A stretch of 59,573 nucleotides of DNA, the filler included. It is 4 parts of 4 records of this genome, joined end to end, with 100 filler letters (N's around TTAATTAATTAA, not from the genome) between each part and the next. Parts side by side here need not be neighbours in the genome. Positions count along the whole stretch, not along the records: positions 16,998 to 25,201 come from DRR378314_786; positions 25,302 to 52,491 come from DRR378314_789; 2 more parts are not named here. One strand, given 5' to 3'. Both the position numbers and the translations under genes were made by a program. Below are positions 18,777 through 30,703 of the stretch, piece after piece; within the stretch, counting starts at the first letter, position 1, and each line of letters begins with the position of its first letter. A model generated the notes under the pieces. It did no database searches. It worked only from the letters and a program-made list of their open reading frames with translations, and was not told where the DNA came from.

Positions 18777-21700
18777 CTAGTACAGATCCACTTCAGCGTA
18801 TCCGCCGTTGGGAATGCCGTTCTCAGGCACTGCGCCGTATTCCTCGTACGCACCATCGTCCGCATACTGCCCGTCGACGCCGTACTCGCCCATCGCCTGC
18901 CCGTCACCAACGTCGCCGTCGCCGTAGAGAGCCCCTTCGCTGTCGTGCACGTCAACGCTGACATCGCCTGACGGTCGATCTGAATATTCGTCCATTGCGT
19001 CGTCGTGCGCGTACACATCGGTACTCGCGGGCGGACGAGATACGACGCCATCTGGATCGTCGTAGTGATACACGTCAGTGCTTGAACGCGGCGGCGGCAC
19101 AAACGGGACGTCGGAGGGCTGGTCGTCGTCATACACATCAGGCCCATCAACCTGATCTCCAGAGAAGGTCTGGTGTTCATCCGTGTGCACGTCGTGCTCG
19201 CGCGTTTCGTTAACATCAGAGAACATCACGCTCGTGCGTTTCGCTGCCTTGTCCGGCGCAGCTTCGGATGTTTCGCTGGCGGAGTCTGGCATTGCCGCCT
19301 ACGCGGAAGCGAAATCGGGCCAGGGAACAAGAAACGAAAACACTCAATCAGCGGAACTCCATACGCCAGCGGACGCTCATCGTGTATCTGTGGCACGAGG
19401 GAAAAAACCGGTGAGAACTTTCGAGGGCATGCAAGGCATCCACGCGTGCCCGGCGTCGCGTGCACATGAAATCCTTTGCTCCCACATCGTTGCGATAAAG
19501 ACTCGGTGGATCGCCGGGAAAAAATAAGTAAGAAAATAAATAAATAAAAAGCGTTCGGGTGGCGCAAACCCCAAGGGCCTGCGAATAACTCTGCAAGGCG
19601 TCACTCGCAACTGCCTGCAAAGCCGCAGCCTCACGCGGTGCCGATGCGATTGAATCAAAGCACACATAGCAAACGCGGGTCCCAGTAACGCGGTGAAAGG
19701 GACTCGCTGTAGAGGCGCAACGTACCTTCATGTCTGCAAGGACGCGCTTCCGCTCGCGCAACTCATCCAATTGTCGCTGAGCGTTTGCCACCGCAACGGC
19801 ATCGCCAGCCGCAGACGCATTTTGCTGCATAAGTTTCGACATCGAACATTTTTCCCCACCAAGTGGGACGGCACAGACCAGAAGAACGATATGAGCAACA
19901 ATACAGAGCGGAGCTACTGCGCGCTCTTCGCGCGCGCTTGTTTTCCTTTCTTCGCAGAACTGCATCAACTTGCCCACAATTTGTCCACAAGTGCAGCTAT
20001 AGAAAGCTCCCAGCCTTATGCAGAGTAACAGGATCTGCTTGGTTTAGGTACCCGTTGGCGAAAAGGAACGCACCTGCCGCAGCTTCATTCCGCCCGAGAT
20101 CTTCTGCAAATGCTTCGAGACTTCTTCCATCCGCTTCTTGTACGTCTCTGCCTGCGACTCGCGCGAAGACAAACTCGACTCCAGCTCGCCCGTCCGGCGC
20201 TCGAGCTGCCGAATGTACTCCTCCTGGAATACACCCGAACAGACATGGCGCCCACGCCGCATTGTTGATACACACGCAACTCGCTCCCGCGCACGCCTGC
20301 CTGCATTCCTAACTAAACGCCGCAGAGTGCATCACAGAAAGCAGCAGCGCTGCTGCCGCACAGTGGGCGAACACGAATTCCGCAGCAAGACCGCATCCAT
20401 TCCTGCTACAGCAGCGGATCGCCGTCGCGTACCTTGCTTTGGAGCTCGTCCGTGGCAGCGTTGAGGCCCAGACGAAGAACATCGACATCCGATTCATCCG
20501 CCGCAGCAAGATTCAAGCCACGGTCCGCATCAGATGCAAACAAGTCTGCACGAATACGTGCATCGTATAGGCACGTGCACATTTTCACGTTAGAGGTGGT
20601 GCAGCGGGAATGGTAGACCACATAGATGCGAATGGAGACCCTTTATCGGAGGCAGCTCGCAGTCATCGAGAGGGCGATTTCAACCGCTGTGAAGCAATTG
20701 CAGAATGCGAGCCGAGAACATCCTCGCTCTTCGGGTTGGATGCGAGTGAGTCAAAGCCTGGACCTGCTCTCTGTCCCTGTCTTCCGCTTGCTCTTGTGCG
20801 AAGAAATGCGCCAGCAGACGTGGCAAACGCGCGGCGTGCGCGGGATCGTACCTTGCGGGCGCTCGGCCTGGCGCTGCACGACAGAATCGCGCACTCGCTC
20901 CAACATGCGGCGCGAGCGCATCGAGACAAGCGCGGCGAAACGCTGTGCTTGCAAAAGGTCGCTCTCGAGTCGCGACACATCGGCTTCCGACCTCTCGAGC
21001 TTGGCTTCCGTGTTCGCAAGCTACAAAAGGCACATGAGGACGTTGGCAGCGCAGATTATTAATCAACTTCGACCACGAAGCAACGGAGCGATCAATTCGC
21101 ACCACGCATGCACCTTTCCAGCACTTGCGTGCCCCCCAGGCCGAGCAGGAGAGCCTTTCTCGCGCACAGAAGGCACGCCGAGTACATCGGTTCGTTCTCA
21201 ACGGTACGTTTTCTGTGCCATAGACGCTACAGGCGAGATCGCTGCTGCCCTCTCGATGAGCGCAGCTTTGCAAGTGTTTCTCGCCCCGGGCAGGACTGCA
21301 AACCCGACGCAAACTAACAGAAAAACCAACACCAACACCAAAACCGAAACCGAAACCAACGAAAGAACGAAAAACGAAAAAAAAACGAAAAAGGAAGAAG
21401 CAATTGTAGGCAGTACCGCGCTCCGGCTGCTGTGGAAGCTCTTCTCCATCCTGCGTACCTCTGCGGAACGCTCGCGGACATCCTTCTCGCGATCGTCGAG
21501 CAGCGCTGAGAGGCGCTCGGTCTCGCTTTCCAGGCGCGCGCGCAGCCTCTCGATCTCCTCTGCCTGCTCGCGGATCTGAGTCCGAGCATTTTCCAAATCC
21601 TATTCACAGCGCCGAAGGAGCACCCGTGCCCATAGAGAGCAACCCGTTAGCCACAGCAGAAGCTACACGATAGCTGTCCCAGCTGTCGCGATTTACACCG

Positions 21701-24700
21701 CACCGACAGAAGAGAAACCTCACTCGCGAAGCACGGAGAAGGAAGGAAAAAATAGAGAAAAGAAAAGGATGCCACAGAACGGAGAGGAACCGAGCGAAGA
21801 GTATGAAGGCAAAAGCGGCCGGTCCAGCACGGACGCATCACCATCGCTGCACGCATTGCAGCAGCTCCGCTCCGTGAAGCACACGGCACATTCACCACAC
21901 GCGACGTACCTGGACAAGCTTCTCCTTGCGAATATTGAAGATGCTCTCTTGCTCCGAGCCCTTTTGTTGCATGACGGACTGCGCGGACTTGAGCTCGCGG
22001 ATCTCGTCTTCCAGCGAAACGGCGTCTCGCTGTCTCTCCTGGAGCTCGCCAGTGACACGACGAAGCTCCTTGTCGCGGCTCTCGAGAATCCGCTTCGCTT
22101 CCATCACTTCATTCGCACGAGCGTCGCGCTCAGCTTGCGAGGCACGCAGCGCTTGTGTGAGCCTTGCAGCGCGCTGCTGCGCCTGCTCGAGCTCCGTGCG
22201 CAGCATGAGAACGTTTTCGGTCAGGACAGAGACCTGCTGGCCGGACGCGCCGTGCTCGCCCTCGGCACTTTCCAGGCGCGCCATAAGGCGATCGCACTGC
22301 AGCGTCTTCGCCCGCAGTTCGTCGCGCAGCAGGTCGGTCTCGCGGTCGTGCTCGCGCTTGGCGGCGTCCAGGGTTTCGCGTCGACGCAGCGACTCCTCCA
22401 GAGCGCGTTGCAACTCGTCTTCCGACTCGGAGAGTTTGCCGCGCAGGAAATTCAGCTTCTCCTGCTGTGCGGCGACTTTCTTCTCCAGCACCGCCAAGCG
22501 CTTGTCCTTGACCTGGAGCTCCACGTCGAGCGGGGAAGCGGACTTCTCCGGATCACCCGACGCCTCCAGGCGCTCTTCGTACATGGTAATCTCGCTCTGC
22601 AGCTGCTTTACGGTGGCGTCGCGCGACGCAAGGCGCTCCTCCAGCGTGGCAATCGACTGCTTCAGACCGCGATGCTCTTCCTCCGACTGCCGCTTGCTGA
22701 ACTGCACCATAACGGCAAGTCGCTTCACTTCTTCGTCGCGCTCGTGCAGTTGCTCGCTAAGCACGCGCACGCGGTCCGAGGCGCCTTCTTCGCCGTCACC
22801 GCGCGGAACCATATTCGAAGCATTCTCGCGCGCTGTCGCAAGCTCTTCTTCCAGATTCGCCTTCTCTTCGGTGAGCTGCAAAGCGATTACAGAACCGTGC
22901 ACGCACAGCGAGTCAGCAAGCACCACAAGCAACGAGCAATCATCGGACGTAAGCTGCAGCATCACAAGGAATACCAACTACTACTCATTCCAATACGTCG
23001 CGGTGTCCAGTGCGACGAAAAGAATCACGCTCGATTTGCACGAACGGGAAATAAATTCAAAGTAGAGCGCTCACGCATACTTCGAGGAAGCGCGGAGGTT
23101 CTTGCTTAGAAACGCTGCTGGTAGCAAACAGCTCCGCCCGGGACTCTTTCTTGTCGGGCTGCAAAGCACCCGGGCGTGCGTTACGTGTTGTTCGGGAATG
23201 CACAAAACGAAAGATACTCGCGCATTCATCGGACGCTCATCGGAAAGCGCGCAGGTCCTCTACGCACGGTGCAGTGGTGCACGGTGTCGCGTCGGGGAAC
23301 GCGGATCACTCCCAAGGAGCAAAGCGCAACATTCTACACGGAAGGGCAGAAACGCACCGTTGTAATACGCTGCCGCAGTTCTTCGATTTCCTCGTCCTTT
23401 TCCTTGAGAGCTGAGCGAGGGGTTCCGAAGTCGTCCTCAATCCCTACGCTCTCTAGCAACGCTTGCACGCGCTCGTGCATCATGAGGACCTCATTGTAAC
23501 TGTCTCGTGTGCTGTACATGTGGCGCACACTGTCCGCCTGCACAGCAAAGCACAATCAACGGATGTTCGAGCGGGGAAGCAGACATAGATTCAATTAGCG
23601 CCTCGCAACGACAACAAAAGTTGATTGCGCCATCGCAGCATAAAAAAAGGTATTCAAACTACCATCGACAAGGGGCGTGCTACAAACTCCACACCCTCAG
23701 CCTGAACGAGGATTCGTTGCGCGTGCCAAGGGGGAACACGCAGTGGGAGCACGGAGCGAACTCCACGGTAAGGACACGCGACCTCACTGGGGTGCTGGGT
23801 GCTGACCAGCGCAATAGGAACGCGGCTGTCGTACCTTTTCTTCCAGCCGCGTAATTTCTTTCCGCTGCGTATCCGTTCGCTCTTGCAAGAGTGCAAGGCG
23901 TTTCATTACCCTGCGGTACTCGTTTCCATCGACGGTTACCATTCCCTTGCCGAGCGCCGGCGCACCGCTGCGCGCCGCTTCGAGCGAGCGCTCTAGCTCC
24001 ATCATGCGGTTATGGTAATCCATCTCGCGATCTTCGGCCTCTTTGAGCCGATCCTTGTACGAATTCAGCTCCGACATGAGTTTCCGATCCTCTTCTGACG
24101 CCATCACGCTTGAGAGAGCCCCGAGCTGTGATTCCAAGGACTTGATGTCTCGCTGCGACTGTTCGTACTTGCGCTGCACGGTCTTGAGCTGTTGCCGAAG
24201 CGCTTCCACGTCGTTGCTGTCGGTTTTGAGGATCGCGCGCGCGTCGTCTTCCACATTCTCAACGCGGTTCATCAGCTCTTGCAGCTCGTCATTAAGCGCA
24301 CTGCGAGACGTCTTGGCCTGCAGCTTTCGCTGCAAAGTCATCAGGGAGTCGATGTGATCCTCTTTCCTCCGCAGGACTTCGCGCATATCGTGAATTTCTA
24401 GCTGAAGATCTCGATTGCGCGCTTTGAGCTCAACAATCTCAGAGGCCTCGGCGGCCTTGGCTTCTTCCGCGACGCGCTCGGCGTACCGCTTGCGGCGCTC
24501 CTCTTCTTCGTCGTCCTCGGCCTTTCTGGCAGCGGCGGCCTCGTCGTCGCTGCCACTTGCGTCGTCTTCTTCTCCATTTTCACTTTGATTGTCCTGCTCG
24601 ACGTCACGCGATTCAGCCGCCAGGCGCTCGCGATCGGCCGCGAGTTCGGCCTCCAGCTGGCTGATCTCGTCGTCCTTGTCCGCAATTTCGCCAGCGAGCT

Positions 24701-24863
24701 CGTTGCTGCGCTTCTGCAGGTCGTCGTCGTCATCTTTATCCGACGGGAGCGACCCAGGATCGCTCAAATCGTCATTAAATGCCTCGGCGTCGTTCATCTG
24801 CTCTTCCAAAAGAGCAGCATCGCGCTGAAGAGCATCAAGCTCGTCCTGGCTTGCGTCCGACAT
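18777..24863 (-). CDS. Eukaryotic multi-exon long coiled-coil protein (possibly more than one gene)
   Basis: Successive E/K/R/L-rich heptad exons (e.g. 24863-23835, ~22875-21908, ~21600-21410, ~20225-20075) are bounded by CAG acceptors and GTACG/GTGCG donors, ending in an acidic, Tyr-rich exon. Confidence 0.55.
21322..21392 (+). repeat. Low-complexity A/C-rich simple repeats (intronic)
   Basis: Runs of accaac, aaaccg and gaaaa units. Confidence 0.6.
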
Positions 24864-25201
24864 CGCGCCTGCGATGCAAGAAGGCCAAGGGGAACGCAGC
24901 ATCGACGGCGAGGCGTGGCGTCCGAAGGACAGGTTAGGTTGGCGCGGAAGGACTGCGGCCGAGCGCTGACCCGCGCGTAGCCTTCCAGCAGCATCCAGGC
25001 GTATGCACAGCAAGTGCAAGGCTATGGAAGGACAAGTGTGACGCAGGTTCAGTAATTTGGGATACCTCACAACCTTGTTGTGGTTTGTGGTTGGGTATTT
25101 AACGCAGCCTCCGCGCACCAACGACAGTGGAAAGCAGGCGAGGCGCCCGGCTCAGCGCAACACCCCACGAGAACGAAGCCTGGTCACACATCGAGGAAAC
25201 C

Positions 25202-25301
25202 NNNNNNNNNNNNNNNNNNNNNNNNNNNNNNNNNNNNNNNNNNNNTTAATTAATTAANNNNNNNNNNNNNNNNNNNNNNNNNNNNNNNNNNNNNNNNNNN
25301 N
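25202..25301. other. Artificial contig spacer
   Basis: N run with TTAATTAATTAA. Confidence 0.98.
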
Positions 25302-26783
25302 TTTCAGGTCGAAAGCCGGGCGCAGATGAATTTCCTGCCGCGGATGAAGCCCCAGACATTCTATGATCTGGTGATTGAGGTTGCCATCGTGCGCCCCGGC
25401 CCGATTCAGGGCGGCATGGTGCAACCCTATATCAAGCGCCGTCAGGGGTTGGAGCAGCCGGAGCCCTTTGGACCCGCGCTGCAAGAGGTCACAAGGCGCA
25501 CGCTCGGCGTGCCGCTGTTTCAGGAGCAGGCCATGCAGATCGCTGTGGTCGGTGCCGGGTTTTCCGCCGAAGAGGCCGATCATCTGCGCCGCTCGCTGGC
25601 ATCGTTCCGGCGTATGGGCACCATCGGCATGTATCGGGACAAATTCATTGCGGGCATGTTGAAGAACGGCTATAGCCCTGACGTTGCCGAACGCTGTTTT
25701 GGCCAGATAGAGGGCTTTGCCGATTACGGCTTTCCCGAAAGCCACGCCGCCGCCTTTGCCATGCTGGCCTATGTCTCTGCTTGGCTGAAATGCCATCACC
25801 CGGCGATCTTTGCCTGCGCCTTGTTGAACTCCCAACCGATGGGGTTTTATGCACCTGCCCAGATCGTGCGCGATGCGCGCGAGCATGGCGTTGAAACGCG
25901 CCCCATATGCGTGAATCATTCAGAATGGGACAACAGGCTGGAACGCCGCCCGGATGGAGCCTTGGCGCTGCGATTGGGGTTCCGCCAGATCAAGGGTCTG
26001 AAGGAAGAAGAGGCGGGCTGGATCGTGGCCGCGCGCGGCAATGGATATCCCACCCCCGAGGCGCTCTGGTTGCGGGCGGGGCTGCGCCCCGATGTGCTGA
26101 CGCGGTTGGCTGAGGCAGATACATTTTCCAACATGGGCCTCACGCGCCGCGATGCGCTGTGGCAGGTCAAAGCCATCCGCAGCGAAAAGCCCCTGCCGCT
26201 CTTTAATGATCCGATCGACGGGGAAAGCATCCAAGAGCCGCAGGTCACCCTGCCAGCCATGCATCTGGGCGAAGAGGTGGTTGAGGATTATGTCTCAACC
26301 CGCCTGTCCCTGCGTGCCCACCCCATGGAATTGTTACGCCCCGGTATTGTGGGTCTTACACCCCATAATGCGCTTATTGATGTGCCTCTGGGGCGGTGCA
26401 CGGTCTGCGGGCTTGTCATCACCCGCCAACGCCCGGGCACCGCATCGGGGGTGATTTTTCTGACGCTTGAAGATGAAACCGGGGTCAGCAATGTAGTGGT
26501 CTGGCCCAAAGTCTATGAGCGGTTCCGGCGCATCGTGATGGGCGGGCGGCTGTTGCAGGTCAGGGGGTATCTGCAACGCGAAGGCATCGTTGTGCATCTG
26601 ATTGCGCAGGACATCAAAGATATGTCTTATAAGCTTTCTGAGCTGGGGCATCCCATGCCAGAGGCGCTGACCACCGAAGGGCCACGGGCGGACGATACGC
26701 CCAAAACATCCCGCTACCCCGCCCGGGCCATGCACCCGCGCGATCAGGCCAAGCGGCTATTTCCAAGCCGGGATTTTCACTAG
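25302..26783 (+). CDS. dnaE2: Error-prone DNA polymerase III alpha, C-terminal part (5' truncated at contig edge)
   Basis: Motifs FQVESRAQM, VRPGPIQG, YGFPESHA, LLNSQPMGFY, RQRPGTASG and terminal SRDFH, which is diagnostic of DnaE2. Confidence 0.95.
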   Translation, partial: FQVESRAQMNFLPRMKPQTFYDLVIEVAIVRPGPIQGGMVQPYIKRRQGLEQPEPFGPALQEVTRRTLGVPLFQEQAMQIAVVGAGFSAEEADHLRRSLASFRRMGTIGMYRDKFIAGMLKNGYSPDVAERCFGQIEGFADYGFPESHAAAFAMLAYVSAWLKCHHPAIFACALLNSQPMGFYAPAQIVRDAREHGVETRPICVNHSEWDNRLERRPDGALALRLGFRQIKGLKEEEAGWIVAARGNGYPTPEALWLRAGLRPDVLTRLAEADTFSNMGLTRRDALWQVKAIRSEKPLPLFNDPIDGESIQEPQVTLPAMHLGEEVVEDYVSTRLSLRAHPMELLRPGIVGLTPHNALIDVPLGRCTVCGLVITRQRPGTASGVIFLTLEDETGVSNVVVWPKVYERFRRIVMGGRLLQVRGYLQREGIVVHLIAQDIKDMSYKLSELGHPMPEALTTEGPRADDTPKTSRYPARAMHPRDQAKRLFPSRDFH

Positions 26784-26839
26784 GGTTTGAACCCCAACTC
26801 GTTTTCTTGCTTAGACTTGAATCGTTAGCTGTCATTGCC

Positions 26840-26945
26840 GGTTTTGCCGGTGCCGGGGTCATCGATCAGAACGACGGTTTCCGCATGCTCTATGAATTCA
26901 CCACGATGGCCTTTTGCCCGTCTGATTACTGCATTTGTTACACTA
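26840..26945 (-). pseudogene. Probable IS21 IstB ATPase remnant
   Basis: HRGEFIEHAETVVLIDDPGTGKT resembles the IstB segment leading into Walker A (EF...NVVLIGGPGTGKT). It is degenerate and short. Confidence 0.45.
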
Positions 26946-27131
26946 CGAAACACCGGTGACATGGGCTCCATGACAATGATCAGAAAGCCATCGCCCACTT
27001 CCCAGACCTGCGATTGAGCAGAAATTACGCCACCGCGCAGCCATACATCCAACGTGGAATGCGGCGGCAGGGTGCCGCATTTTACCCTGCTGGTTGACGG
27101 CTGTGGCAGGCGAAGCTTCCGTTCACAAATG

Positions 27132-27702
27132 TTACTCTTGCAAAAACTGCCGCAAGAGTTCTGCGAACTCCGGGCGCGCGTCAATGTGGACAGAGTGACC
27201 AGCATTTAACTGAGCAAAGGTTGTAAATTCACGCTTCGCCGCCATGGCCCGCAGCTCTGTCACGTCACACACACGGCTTTCGCTGCCAGACACAACCAAA
27301 GCGGGGCAGCGGCTTTGCAGCCAAACGTTCCAGTGATCACCATTCGTCGCCTGTTCCGATTCCAGAAATTTGGCCGGATCGAAGTTAAGCGTCCAGCCCC
27401 CTTCCACGCGCCGGATGGAATTCTGAAGATATGGCTCAAGCCGCGGTCCAAGCCGCGGTCCAACAGCGCGACCACATCGCCAATATAGGCTGCGATACTA
27501 TGGGCCGCCCCGTGATCGGTTTCTCCGAAACCCCGCTGGTCAAGTGCGATCACACGCCACTCGGGCGAAAGATCCTCTGCAACCCCTGCGAAATCGGACG
27601 CCCCCATCCAGTGGCCGTGCAGCGCCAACAAGGGTTTGCCATCACCGCCAGCGTCAAGGAAAGATAGGATGTCTCCATCGTTTTCAAGCTATGCCTGCGC
27701 AT
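27132..27702 (-). pseudogene. Alpha/beta hydrolase pseudogene
   Basis: ALHG, ALDQRGFG and AGHSVH lie in different frames. There is a frameshift near the start, a 12-bp tandem duplication at 27437-27460, and no GxSxG segment. Confidence 0.75.
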
Positions 27703-27931
27703 ATATTCACTTTTCGTTCCATTCCTCAATTAGCAGCCAGATTCATGTTACCAACGTCGAAGAAGGGACCATAGCGGCCCTTGGCAGCACTTTACGCGGA
27801 TGTCGGCGGTGCGGTCTTTTCTAATTTTCGTTGCATGCGCGTGAATGCCCGATCTGGTGAACTTCTCATCAAAAGGCAGTGCCAAAAGATGCAGAAACAA
27901 CAGGAATAAGTCCTGCCAGGGTTGATCCAGA

Positions 27932-29164
27932 TTGCACATTAGCAGGCATTGCCAATTTGCTTGCACTTTGAAAAAACACACCTGCCGTTATCTGGAAGGA
28001 CTTGCTCTGTCCCATCTAAGTTCATTTGGTCCCGCCGTCGCCAAAAGCTCGCCTATCGAAGCCCTGCGTGCGGGGCTTGGTGCCTTCATCGGCCTGGCCC
28101 TGGCCGGAGCATTTGTTCTGGCACCGGCGGTTGACCTGACGCTTGGCCTGTATCTGGTTGCACCATTCGGGGCGAGCTCGGTTCTCTTGTTTGCTGTCCC
28201 CAACAGCCCTCTGGCACAGCCGTGGTCGGCGATCGTCGGCAATGTGGTCGCCGCTTTGGTCAGTGTCGCTGTATCTCTGGTGGTGCAGGATCCCGTTCTG
28301 CGCATTGCCTTAGCTGTGGGGCTGGCAATTACCGCTATTATTCTGTGCCGCGCCTTACATCCACCGGCAGGCGCCGTTGCCATGACCGTCGCCATGAGCC
28401 CTGAGGCGGTTCAGGAATTGGGGTTCTATTTTGCCCTCATGCCGATTGGGATCGGTACTGTCGTGTTGGTGTTCATCGCCATCGTTTATGGGCGCATGAC
28501 CGGGCGACACTACCCATTCCGCCAGTTCAATGATCCGAACAGTCATGGCACGCAAGATCCTGAACCTATCGAACGTCTTGGCCTGTCGGAGGCAGAGCTG
28601 ACCGATATTCTGGATCGCTACAAACAATCTTTTAACCTTGGTGTCGAAGATCTGGCGCGACTGCTCGGGGCGGCGGAAATGCAGGCGGTGGCCGCCAGGT
28701 CGGGACCTACAGTTGCCGATGATATCATGTCGCGCAACCTGATTACCGTGGAGCCGAACACACCATTAGCAGAGATCGCAGCATTGTTCCGGCGTCACCG
28801 GTTTACGGCTTTGCCGGTTGTCGGGGACGAGAACCGGTTTTTGGGCGTCATCTTTCAAATCCACCTCATCGACCGGGCGCGTGAAGACAGTCTTCGCTTA
28901 AATCGTGGCTTCGGCAAAACAATGCGCCGGCTGCTTGACCGCCGCCGTGACATACCTGTTCAAGCCGCTGACATCATGAGTGTCGCCGGCCCGCGCGCAA
29001 CAGCGGATACGCCTTTATCCGCGTTGCTTCCCCAGATGGCAGACGGTGCCGTCGACGCCGTGCCCATCTTGGAACAAGATCAACTTGTAGGCATCGTCAC
29101 ACGCACCGACCTTATCAGCGCTTTGGCACGGCAAAGTCTGGAAAATCAGCGTATAGACCTATGA
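27932..29164 (+). CDS. HPP family membrane protein with a C-terminal CBS pair (true start probably near 28007)
   Basis: Motifs APFGASSVLLFAVPNSPLAQPW, LHPPAGA, DIMS and GIVTRTDLI. Confidence 0.92.
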   Translation: MHISRHCQFACTLKKHTCRYLEGLALSHLSSFGPAVAKSSPIEALRAGLGAFIGLALAGAFVLAPAVDLTLGLYLVAPFGASSVLLFAVPNSPLAQPWSAIVGNVVAALVSVAVSLVVQDPVLRIALAVGLAITAIILCRALHPPAGAVAMTVAMSPEAVQELGFYFALMPIGIGTVVLVFIAIVYGRMTGRHYPFRQFNDPNSHGTQDPEPIERLGLSEAELTDILDRYKQSFNLGVEDLARLLGAAEMQAVAARSGPTVADDIMSRNLITVEPNTPLAEIAALFRRHRFTALPVVGDENRFLGVIFQIHLIDRAREDSLRLNRGFGKTMRRLLDRRRDIPVQAADIMSVAGPRATADTPLSALLPQMADGAVDAVPILEQDQLVGIVTRTDLISALARQSLENQRIDL

Positions 29165-29448
29165 CTGTCGAATGTCACTGAGAACTGCCCCGGTAACGCC
29201 TGCTTCAAAGCGATGGCCAGCCATTACGTCTTTGAACCAGAGCGCTGCAATCCAGCAGCGGGCCGGGCAAAGCAAACCTTGGCGAACCATCAGCCTCTGC
29301 CTGCTTTAGGGAACTGCTGTATGCGGCGTCAGTTTTGAACATCAGCACCTTTCCGCGCAGGCCCTCAGAAGCGGTCATATCCTGTTTGAGACTCCGACGG
29401 TTGAACACTAGTTCTGCAAACCTAAAAACCAAAAATAATGAGGCAGAA

Positions 29449-30603
29449 ATGAAGACTTGGACCCTTGCAGCCGCTGTGTTGCTGTCCCTCCCCACAACAC
29501 TGGCCGCACAAGGCCTGTCCGACAAGCAGGTCACCGACATGGTGCGCGACGCCTTCACGCCGGTGATAGAGGAATATGACATCCCCGGGCTGGTGGTTGG
29601 TATCACCCTTCATGGCAAACAACATTTCTATGCGACCGGGCTTGCCGCCAGAGAAGGCGAAATCGCCGCATCGCCGGAGACAATTTTTGAACTGGGATCA
29701 ATCAGCAAGATTTTCAACGCAACTCTCGCCACCTTCGCCGAGCAACAGGGCCAGATTGACTTGAATGCCCCTGTGTCTGACAAGCTGACAGATCTGCAAG
29801 GTTCCGCCTTTGGCGGCATCAGGCTTATCGATCTTGCCACGCATGTCACCGGTGGTCTGCCGCTGCAAGTTCCGCGCAAGGTGCAGGATGTTCCCGAACT
29901 GATCAACTGGCTGGCCGATTGGCAACCGCCACACCCCAGGACGCGCAGCTATTCGAATGTCAGCATCGGCCTGCTGGGGCACATCACTGCGAGCGCCATG
30001 GGGATGCCCTATGCGCAAGCGGCAGAGGAAATCCTGTTCCCTGCCATGGGTCTGAACAGCACTTTCATCAATGTCCCGGACACGGCGATGGATCGTTATG
30101 CCTACGGCTACGACCGAAAGACTGACGCCCCGATCCGCGTGAATCCGGGCGTACTGGCTGACGAGGCCTATGGTGTAAAATCCACCGCCCGTGACATGGT
30201 ACGCCTGCTAGATCTGCAACTGGGTCATGGCAATGTGGCTCCAGCGCTCTCTGCCGCCCTCGACCGGACCCGCGAAGGCCATGCCAAGACGGCTTACTAC
30301 ACGCAGAACATGATCTGGGAGCAATATCTCTGGCCCGTCGATCTAGCAGCGATGGAGGCTGGAAACGGTTATGACTTCATCCTGTCACCCCAGCCCTCCG
30401 AAGCCATCATGCCCCCTTTGCCGCCGCAACAGGACGTTATCCTAAACAAGACAGGGGCGACCAATGGCTTTGGTGGGTATGTGGTCCTTTTACCCGCTCA
30501 GGATCTTGGTATCGTTGTCCTCGCAAACCGGAACTATCCAAACGAAGCCAGGGTCCGCACAACATATCATTTGGTCGAGGACCTTCTGGGGGCACAAGAA
30601 TAG
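29449..30603 (+). CDS. ampC: Class C beta-lactamase
   Basis: Signal peptide plus FELGSISK (SxxK), YSN, NKTG and LANRNYPN. Confidence 0.88.
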   Translation: MKTWTLAAAVLLSLPTTLAAQGLSDKQVTDMVRDAFTPVIEEYDIPGLVVGITLHGKQHFYATGLAAREGEIAASPETIFELGSISKIFNATLATFAEQQGQIDLNAPVSDKLTDLQGSAFGGIRLIDLATHVTGGLPLQVPRKVQDVPELINWLADWQPPHPRTRSYSNVSIGLLGHITASAMGMPYAQAAEEILFPAMGLNSTFINVPDTAMDRYAYGYDRKTDAPIRVNPGVLADEAYGVKSTARDMVRLLDLQLGHGNVAPALSAALDRTREGHAKTAYYTQNMIWEQYLWPVDLAAMEAGNGYDFILSPQPSEAIMPPLPPQQDVILNKTGATNGFGGYVVLLPAQDLGIVVLANRNYPNEARVRTTYHLVEDLLGAQE

Positions 30604-30703
30604 CGCCCATCGGAAAACGCCTAAATAAATTGGGAGGTGCGGATGACACTGGACCTCCTGAACCCTTCCCGGACAGCTTATCTGTCCCACACTCAACAAC
30701 GGC

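Noticed and set aside
21322-21392. Short repeats as a possible CRISPR or telomeric array
   Set aside because: They are irregular low-complexity units with no constant repeat and spacer pattern. No CRISPR array or cas gene was seen anywhere in the window.
21769-23109. Long plus-strand ORFs (446 and 379 aa)
   Set aside because: They are antisense shadows of the coiled-coil exon, with Leu- or Ser/Arg-rich composition.
16898-25301. Apparent bacterium-eukaryote horizontal transfer junctions
   Set aside because: All transitions coincide with artificial spacers, so there is no evidence of physical linkage.
29165-29440. Possible ampR remnant upstream of ampC
   Set aside because: No LysR HTH-like translation was recognisable in the frames examined.
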